DNA of 64,000 nucleotides from Pseudomonadota bacterium (GTDB lineage Bacteria > Pseudomonadota > Alphaproteobacteria > MPNO01 > UBA2964). The notes beneath the pieces are model-generated. The model did no database searches and was not told where the DNA came from. It saw only the letters and a list, made by a program, of their open reading frames with translations. Position numbers and translations under genes: made by a program. Shown piece after piece: positions 57,835 to 64,000 of this stretch. The stretch spans positions 15,351 to 79,350 of the forward strand of contig JAYZBC010000071.1 of NCBI GenBank assembly GCA_036339375.1, in the 5' to 3' direction. Within the stretch, counting starts at the first letter, position 1. Every line of letters starts with the position of its first letter.

Positions 57835-60800
57835 TTACCTATTAAAATAAGCCTGTATAGGTGTTACATCAAGTTTTCCGGTACTTATGGTTGAAATTGC
57901 GGAAATAGTAGCTTTAGCGCCAGAAATCGTTGTGCAGTAGGGAATTCGGCGATCTATAGCAGTTTTTCTAATACTACGACTATCTGCAGCTTCTCGGGCG
58001 CCAGACACTGTATTAAAAACCATATCTACCCTACCGTCTTTCAATGCATCGACTATGTGAGGTGTTCCCTGCATTACTTTGTTTATCTTTTCAACCGCCA
58101 GACCCGCCCTTTTCAAGGATTCCGCCGTACCTTTAGTAGCGATTAAATGGAACCCCAGTTTGATTAGTCTTTGAGCGACCTCAACAATTTCTGGTTTATC
58201 TTTATCTTTAACTGAAATAAAGACAGTTCCCTTTATTGGCAAACTTTGCCCCGCTCCAATTTGTGATTTAGCAAAAGCGCCCGAAAATTTTTCATCTATT
58301 CCCATAACCTCTCCTGTCGATTTCATTTCCGGACCGAGAATTACATCTGTAACGTTAAATCGAGAAAATGGAAAAACAACTTCTTTTACAGCAAAAAATT
58401 GTTTTTTACGGTTAAATTTATAATGTGCCACAACAGTATTTAAGGCATCTCCTGTTAAAATTTTTGCGGCCAGTTTGGCAATGGGAAATCCCGTAGCTTT
58501 CGCTACAAAAGGAACGCTACGGCTGGCACGTGGGTTTACTTCAATGACAAAAATTTGATCATTTTTTAAGGCAAACTGAACATTCATTAACCCAAAAATT
58601 TTCAGTTCCCGAGCAAGAGAAATAGTTTGGAGTTCTATTTTTTTTACGATGTTTTCGGGAAGTGAATAGGGAGGTAAAGAACATGCGGAGTCTCCCGAGT
58701 GGATGCCTGCCTCTTCTATATGTTCCATGACGCCAGCTATGTATACCTCACCTTTGATGTCAACAACTGCATCAACATCTACCTCTATCGCATTCTCTAA
58801 AAATTTTTCAACTAACACCGGATTTGTACCCGAAACTTTTATAGCGTCTTTGAAAAAATATTTTAACTCTGTTTCCGTTTTGACAATTTCCATTCCTCTA
58901 CCACCAAGGACGTAGGAAGGTCTAATCACTACTGGGTAACCAATTCGTTCAGCGGTTTTTGTTGCATCTTCTAGGCTCGTTGAAAGTCCATTTTTAGGTT
59001 GTTTTAAGTTTAACTCCTGCAAAAGGTTGTGAAATCGTTCTCGATCTTCCGCACGATCAATATTATCTGGTGATGTCCCTAGTACCTTAATCCCTGCCTC
59101 TTTTAGCGAATGAGCGAGTTTGAGAGGGGTTTGCCCTCCGAATTGTAACAAGACCCCCATTAGTTCTCCGGCTTCTCTTTCTTTCGAAACAATAGCAATA
59201 ACATCTTCACTCGTAAGGGGCTCGAAATATAAACGATCCGATGTGTCGTGATCAGTAGAAACGGTCTCGGGGTTGCAATTTATCATTATTGTCTCTAACC
59301 CAATTTCATGGAGTGCATAAATTGCATGCACACAACAATAATCAAACTCGATCCCTTGACCAATTCGATTTGGTCCACTGCCTAAGATAACTATCTTTTT
59401 CTTGTCGCTGGGATTTGCCTCGCACTCCGAGGGAACATGTCCATTACTTTCATAGGTGGAATACATATAGGGTGTGATTGAAGGAAATTCAGCTGCGCAG
59501 GTATCAATCCTTTTGAAAACAGGAAAGACATTTAATTTTTGTCGAATAGATGTTACTTCCGCTTCGTTAATTCCTGCTAAATTAGCAATTCGGAGGTCAG
59601 AAAAACCCAAAGATTTAAGCTGAAAAAACCTTTTCGAAGTTTTTGGCAATCCTTTTTTGCGGATACCTTCTTCTACTCTTATAATTTCCTGAATTTGTTC
59701 TATAAACCAAGGGTCATAATGACAAACTTGGGCAATTTCACTTGAATTGAGGCCAAAACGCAATGCTTGGGCAATCATGAGAATTTGGTAAGGAGACTTT
59801 GAAGATAATGCTCCTAGAATTTGGTTCCTCTTAGACCGGTCTTTTTGTTTTGCTTTTGGGAAATTTATTTCGTCTAGGCCCGTTAATCCAGTTTCCAAAG
59901 AGCGCAACGCTTTCTGGAGAGATTCGCAGAAGGTTCTCCCTATGGCCATTACTTCGCCAATTGATTTCATAGATGTGGTTAATGCTGTATCGGCATCAGG
60001 AAATTTCTCAAATGTAAAGCGCGGAATCTTGGTGACTACATAATCAATTGTAGGTTCGAAACTAGCCGGAGTAATCCCCGTAATGTCATTTATTAGTTCA
60101 TCAAGGGTATAACCAACCGCCAAAAGCGCAGCGACTTTTGCTATAGGAAAACCGGTTGCTTTTGAGGCGAGAGCTGAAGATCGAGAGACACGTGGGTTCA
60201 TTTCAATCACTAACATACGTCCATTGTTTGCATTTACTGCAAATTGCACATTAGAACCTCCTGAATTGACACCAATTTCGCGAATTACAGCAATGGATGC
60301 ATTCCTCATTAATTGGTATTCTTTGTCTGTAAGAGTTAGAGCTGGAGCGACAGTTATTGAATCTCCAGTATGAGTACCCATTGGATCCACATTTTCGATG
60401 GAGCAAATAATAATGCAGTTATCTGCTTGGTCGCGAACTACTTCCATCTCAAATTCTTTCCATCCTGCTACCGATTCTTCTACTAATACGGAATGCGTGG
60501 GGGATTCTTCAAAACCTTTTGCAACTAAAACATCAAATTCCTTTTTGGTATTGGCTATTCCGCCTCCTGTACCGGCTAGTGTAAATGAAGGCCTGATAAC
60601 CGCTGGGAGGCCAATTTCTGCGAATGCTTTCTGTGCTGCATTGAAATTTTTTGCTATTAGTCCTTTAGGCGTTTCTAGTCCAATTCTTGTCATTGCTTCT
60701 TTAAATTCTTCTCTTCCTTCTGCTTTTTTTATGGAATCCATATTTGCACCAATTAGTTCGATTCCAAATTTTCTCAATGTACCATTTTCCGCTAAAGCAA

Positions 60801-61098
60801 GGGCAGTGTTCAAAGCGGTTTGGCCGCCCATGGTGGGGATAAGGGCATCGGGCTTTTCCTTTTCAATAACTTTCGTAACAAAGTCTGGAGTAATGGGTTC
60901 TATGTAAGTAGCGTTAGCAATTTCCGGATCCGTCATTATGGTTGCAGGGTTTGAATTAACCAAAATGATTTTATAACCTTCTTTTTTTAAAGCCATGCAA
61001 GCTTGAGTGCCGGAATAGTCAAATTCACAAGCTTGGCCAATCACAATAGGACCTGCACCTAATATCATGATAGAGGAAATATCTGTTCGTCGTGGCAT
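57835..61098 (-). CDS. carB: carbamoyl-phosphate synthase large subunit
   Basis: 1087 aa. Duplicated ATP-grasp halves (two Gx[17 protein letters not shown]-loops), oligomerisation domain and MGS-like C-terminus. Confidence 0.9.
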   Translation of the reverse strand: MPRRTDISSIMILGAGPIVIGQACEFDYSGTQACMALKKEGYKIILVNSNPATIMTDPEIANATYIEPITPDFVTKVIEKEKPDALIPTMGGQTALNTALALAENGTLRKFGIELIGANMDSIKKAEGREEFKEAMTRIGLETPKGLIAKNFNAAQKAFAEIGLPAVIRPSFTLAGTGGGIANTKKEFDVLVAKGFEESPTHSVLVEESVAGWKEFEMEVVRDQADNCIIICSIENVDPMGTHTGDSITVAPALTLTDKEYQLMRNASIAVIREIGVNSGGSNVQFAVNANNGRMLVIEMNPRVSRSSALASKATGFPIAKVAALLAVGYTLDELINDITGITPASFEPTIDYVVTKIPRFTFEKFPDADTALTTSMKSIGEVMAIGRTFCESLQKALRSLETGLTGLDEINFPKAKQKDRSKRNQILGALSSKSPYQILMIAQALRFGLNSSEIAQVCHYDPWFIEQIQEIIRVEEGIRKKGLPKTSKRFFQLKSLGFSDLRIANLAGINEAEVTSIRQKLNVFPVFKRIDTCAAEFPSITPYMYSTYESNGHVPSECEANPSDKKKIVILGSGPNRIGQGIEFDYCCVHAIYALHEIGLETIMINCNPETVSTDHDTSDRLYFEPLTSEDVIAIVSKEREAGELMGVLLQFGGQTPLKLAHSLKEAGIKVLGTSPDNIDRAEDRERFHNLLQELNLKQPKNGLSTSLEDATKTAERIGYPVVIRPSYVLGGRGMEIVKTETELKYFFKDAIKVSGTNPVLVEKFLENAIEVDVDAVVDIKGEVYIAGVMEHIEEAGIHSGDSACSLPPYSLPENIVKKIELQTISLARELKIFGLMNVQFALKNDQIFVIEVNPRASRSVPFVAKATGFPIAKLAAKILTGDALNTVVAHYKFNRKKQFFAVKEVVFPFSRFNVTDVILGPEMKSTGEVMGIDEKFSGAFAKSQIGAGQSLPIKGTVFISVKDKDKPEIVEVAQRLIKLGFHLIATKGTAESLKRAGLAVEKINKVMQGTPHIVDALKDGRVDMVFNTVSGAREAADSRSIRKTAIDRRIPYCTTISGAKATISAISTISTGKLDVTPIQAYFNR

Positions 61099-62240
61099 TA
61101 TGTCTTGGCTTTCATCAACGCAATAAACTGTTCAAAAATATAATCACTATCATGTGGTCCTGGAGATGCTTCTGGGTGAAATTGAACCGAAAATGCAGGT
61201 TTTTTCTTTAATTTTATACCCTCTATTGAACCATCAAACAGGGATCTGTGGGTTTCAATAACATGGTTGGGAAGGCTATTTCTATTTACAACAAAACCAT
61301 GGTTTTGGGTTGTTATTTCGACTTTCCCTGTTTTTAAATTTTGTACCGGATGGTTACCACCCCTATGGCCCATATACATTTTTGAGGTTGATGCGCCAAT
61401 TGCTAAAGATAATAACTGGTGACCGAGACAAATCCCTAAAATTGGTATTTGGGTTTCGAGTAAATCAGAGATCACGGGTACAGCGTATTTACCAGTTGCT
61501 GCCGGGTCGCCTGGCCCATTGGATAAGAAAATTCCATCAGGATTGCTAGATAGAATTTCTTGAGAACAAGTTTTCGCGGGGAAAACAAGCATTTTACAGC
61601 CTTTATGTGCCAAGCTCCTCAAGATGTTTTGTTTAACACCAAAATCTATAACCACTACCTTAAATTTGGGTTTTTTCTGTATCCCAAATCCGTTGGATAA
61701 AGACCAAAGTGTTTGGTTCCAGCTGTAGGGTTTGGGACAGGTCACATCAGAAGCAAGATCCTTACCCTCTAGACTGGGGCAAGCCATAGCTTTTTTTATT
61801 AAACTTTCTAAATTTATTGGGTCATTAGGACTATGACATATAGCACCATTGCAGGCGCCACGGTCTCTTATATGGCGAGTAAGGCGTCTAGTATCTACTC
61901 CTGTAATGCCCAACAAATTATGGGTGGTCATCCAGTGGTTTAATGTTTTGGCCGCCCGCCAACTGGATGGTGAAGAGATTTTACATTTAAGAACTACACC
62001 GCGAACCGCTGGGACATTACTTTCAGTATCTTCTAAATTTACTCCAACGTTTCCAATATGTGGAAAGGTAAAAGTAATAATCTGCCCAGCGTAAGAGGGA
62101 TCTGTCAGAATTTCTTGGTAACCCGACATGGAGGTATTGAAACAAACTTCCCCATATGTTGTACCCTCAATGCCTAATCCATTTCCCCAAAAAACACTGC
62201 CATCAGAAAGCGCCAGAGCTGCTGTGTAAGTGTCACTCAT
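61098..62240 (-). CDS. carA: carbamoyl-phosphate synthase small subunit (glutamine amidotransferase)
   Basis: GATase class I triad region GICLGHQLL. 380 aa. Stop and the carB start overlap as TAATG. Confidence 0.9.
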   Translation of the reverse strand: MSDTYTAALALSDGSVFWGNGLGIEGTTYGEVCFNTSMSGYQEILTDPSYAGQIITFTFPHIGNVGVNLEDTESNVPAVRGVVLKCKISSPSSWRAAKTLNHWMTTHNLLGITGVDTRRLTRHIRDRGACNGAICHSPNDPINLESLIKKAMACPSLEGKDLASDVTCPKPYSWNQTLWSLSNGFGIQKKPKFKVVVIDFGVKQNILRSLAHKGCKMLVFPAKTCSQEILSSNPDGIFLSNGPGDPAATGKYAVPVISDLLETQIPILGICLGHQLLSLAIGASTSKMYMGHRGGNHPVQNLKTGKVEITTQNHGFVVNRNSLPNHVIETHRSLFDGSIEGIKLKKKPAFSVQFHPEASPGPHDSDYIFEQFIALMKAKT

Positions 62241-62486
62241 TATTTTTGCCAGGCATTTTTAGTTCTAAGATTTTTTTATACTGAGTAAGCTTTATTTAAG
62301 TCTTTGTTAAAAAATTAAACTAAGTTTTGCACAAAGGTTTCGTTCTCGTCAAAAAAGGGAGGATAAATAAAATCTCTTAAAAAAAATTTTATTTGGTTTT
62401 TTAGTAGCTTACTAAATAATCCAAGGTTGCCAGCTTTGGTCAATTCATATACGCTCAAAGCTTGAATCACCACTAAAATCTGTCTG

Positions 62487-62948
62487 ATGCTCCGCGACGA
62501 AATAAGCTTGGCGCTCAAGGGCGCTATGAAAGCCAAGAAACCAAAGTCTGTCTCTACACTTCGTCTTATCTTAGCCGCAATTAAGGATAGAGATATTGCA
62601 GCCCGTGGGGCTGGTAATCCTGACGGCATATCAGAGGAAGAAGTTATGAAAGTCTTGCAAACTATGGTGAAGCAACGCCAAGAAAGCATCACGTTTTATG
62701 AAAAGGGTGATCGTTCCGACTTGGTAAAACAAGAATCTGAGGAAATAAAAATAATTCAAGAGTTTTTACCGGAGCAAATGTCTGAAGGTGAAGTTTTAAT
62801 AGCGGTAACTGCAGCGGTAGACAAACTTGATGCTAAAAACCTAAAGGATATGGGCAGGATGATGGCTTTCCTCCGAGAAAATTATGCTGGATGTATGGAT
62901 TTTGGGAAAGCCAGTGCTTTGCTTAAAAAGCGCCTTGGAGGTGGTTAA
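62487..62948 (+). CDS. GatB/YqeY-domain protein
   Basis: 153 aa, GatB_Yqey pattern. Precedes dnaG as in many bacteria. Confidence 0.8.
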   Translation: MLRDEISLALKGAMKAKKPKSVSTLRLILAAIKDRDIAARGAGNPDGISEEEVMKVLQTMVKQRQESITFYEKGDRSDLVKQESEEIKIIQEFLPEQMSEGEVLIAVTAAVDKLDAKNLKDMGRMMAFLRENYAGCMDFGKASALLKKRLGGG

Positions 62949-63011
62949 CTGGAAATTTTTTGGAGAGTGAGTTACACTTCTTTGTTTTAAGAAAAACGAG
63001 GCTCTTGCTCT

Positions 63012-64000
63012 ATGCCTTTTCCGCCAAATTTTTTGGATGAACTTCGTAGTCGTGTCGGGTTGGCCAGCTTGGTTTCACGAAGGGTGAAGTTAGTACAAAA
63101 AGGGCGAGAAAAACTCGGTCTTTGCCCATTCCACTCCGAAAAAACACCATCCTTTACCGTAAGTGAAGAAAAGGGTTTTTACCATTGTTTCGGTTGTGGC
63201 GCACATGGTGACATAGTCGGATTTTTGATGCGTATTGAGAATTTGTCTTTTCCTGAAGCTGTGGAAAAAATAGCTGATGAAGCAGGGGTTCCGGTCCCCA
63301 CAATGAGTAAAGAGGAACGTGGCCGGGCTGTCCGGCATGCTTCTCTATTGCAAGTAATGGAAGAGGCTTGCAGGTTTTATCAATCAAATTTAAGGAGCCC
63401 TCAAGGGCAACCCGCACTCAATTATTTAAGAGGCAGGGGGCTTGATGAAGAAATAATTAATAAGTTTCGCTTAGGTTATGCACTAGATTCAAGGAGTGCG
63501 CTAAAGAATGCTTTGAAAAGTGATAAAATAAGTCTAAATCAGCTTAGTGAGTGCGGCCTTTTAATAAAACCGGATAACGGAAATAACCCATTCGACAGAT
63601 TTCGCGGTCGAGTAATGTTTCCAATTCTAGATCGTAGGGGTAGAGTGATAGCATTCGGGGCCCGAACATTAGACAACATTCAACCTAAATATCTCAATTC
63701 ACCAGAAACCCCTTTATTTCAAAAAGGCCACATTCTATATGGTTTAGCTACCGCATGGCGTTGTGCTCAAGAGGAAAAACGCTTAATTGTAGTGGAAGGC
63801 TATATGGATGTAATCGCTTTAGCACGGGCTGGGATAAAGGCTGTGGTTGCCCCTCTTGGAACTGCTCTTACTGAAAGCCAAATTTCTCTTTTGTGGCGAG
63901 TGGTACAGGAGCCAATTTTGTGTTTTGATGGTGATAACGCTGGACAATTGGCGGCTGCGAGAGTTGCAGAAAGGTCATTGCCTCTTCTTAAACCCGGGTA
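63012..64000 (+). CDS. dnaG: DNA primase (3' end beyond the window)
   Basis: Open frame with no stop before nt 64000. Zinc ribbon CPFHSEKTPSFTV...CFGCGAHGD. TOPRIM start VVEGYMDVIAL near the window end. Confidence 0.85.
   Translation, partial: MPFPPNFLDELRSRVGLASLVSRRVKLVQKGREKLGLCPFHSEKTPSFTVSEEKGFYHCFGCGAHGDIVGFLMRIENLSFPEAVEKIADEAGVPVPTMSKEERGRAVRHASLLQVMEEACRFYQSNLRSPQGQPALNYLRGRGLDEEIINKFRLGYALDSRSALKNALKSDKISLNQLSECGLLIKPDNGNNPFDRFRGRVMFPILDRRGRVIAFGARTLDNIQPKYLNSPETPLFQKGHILYGLATAWRCAQEEKRLIVVEGYMDVIALARAGIKAVVAPLGTALTESQISLLWRVVQEPILCFDGDNAGQLAAARVAERSLPLLKPG

Noticed and set aside
60398-60907. 169 aa plus-strand ORF
   Set aside because: Antisense within carB. Low-complexity S/A/P-rich translation.
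61096-61100. carA stop / carB start overlap (TAATG)
   Set aside because: Ordinary translational coupling. Not a frameshift or fusion.

Overview
This 64 kb window is a contiguous chromosomal backbone segment from a low-GC alphaproteobacterium. The gene order is typical of Hyphomicrobiales/Rhizobiales-like genomes: yebC-ruvCAB-tolQRAB-pal-cpoB-tilS-ftsH, moaE-moaD-moeA-mobB-pgsA-uvrC, greA-carB-carA and gatB/yqeY-dnaG. The organism call is by eye only and was not checked by search. About 60 protein-coding genes fill the window densely on both strands and most are housekeeping. I found no transposases, integrases, CRISPR arrays, tRNA or rRNA genes. The leads worth a second look are: (1) an orphan stator-like pair at 7268..9895, a MotB/OmpA-type protein with a ~330 aa coiled-coil spacer next to a MotA/TolQ/ExbB-type channel protein with a ~170 aa coiled-coil tail, far from any flagellar or Tol context; (2) an apparent operon at 53120..56703 encoding an ELM1/DUF1022-type putative glycosyltransferase, a P4H-type 2OG-Fe(II) oxygenase, a 636 aa protein with no motif I recognise, and trxB, which looks like a hydroxylation-plus-glycosylation module; (3) a candidate 6S RNA (ssrS) in the zapA to 5-formyl-THF cyclo-ligase spacer, which the ORF track cannot show; (4) an EF-G paralog whose G-domain catalytic His is replaced (DCPGS instead of DTPGH); (5) an msrP gene with no msrQ partner, followed by three GC-rich hairpins and an unexplained ~300 bp non-coding stretch; (6) a divergent efp / epmB-epmA (EF-P beta-lysylation) locus; and (7) a folP reading frame with a ~100 aa N-terminal extension that is probably a start-codon problem. 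All product calls rest on motifs read directly from the translations plus remembered family signatures. No database search was run.
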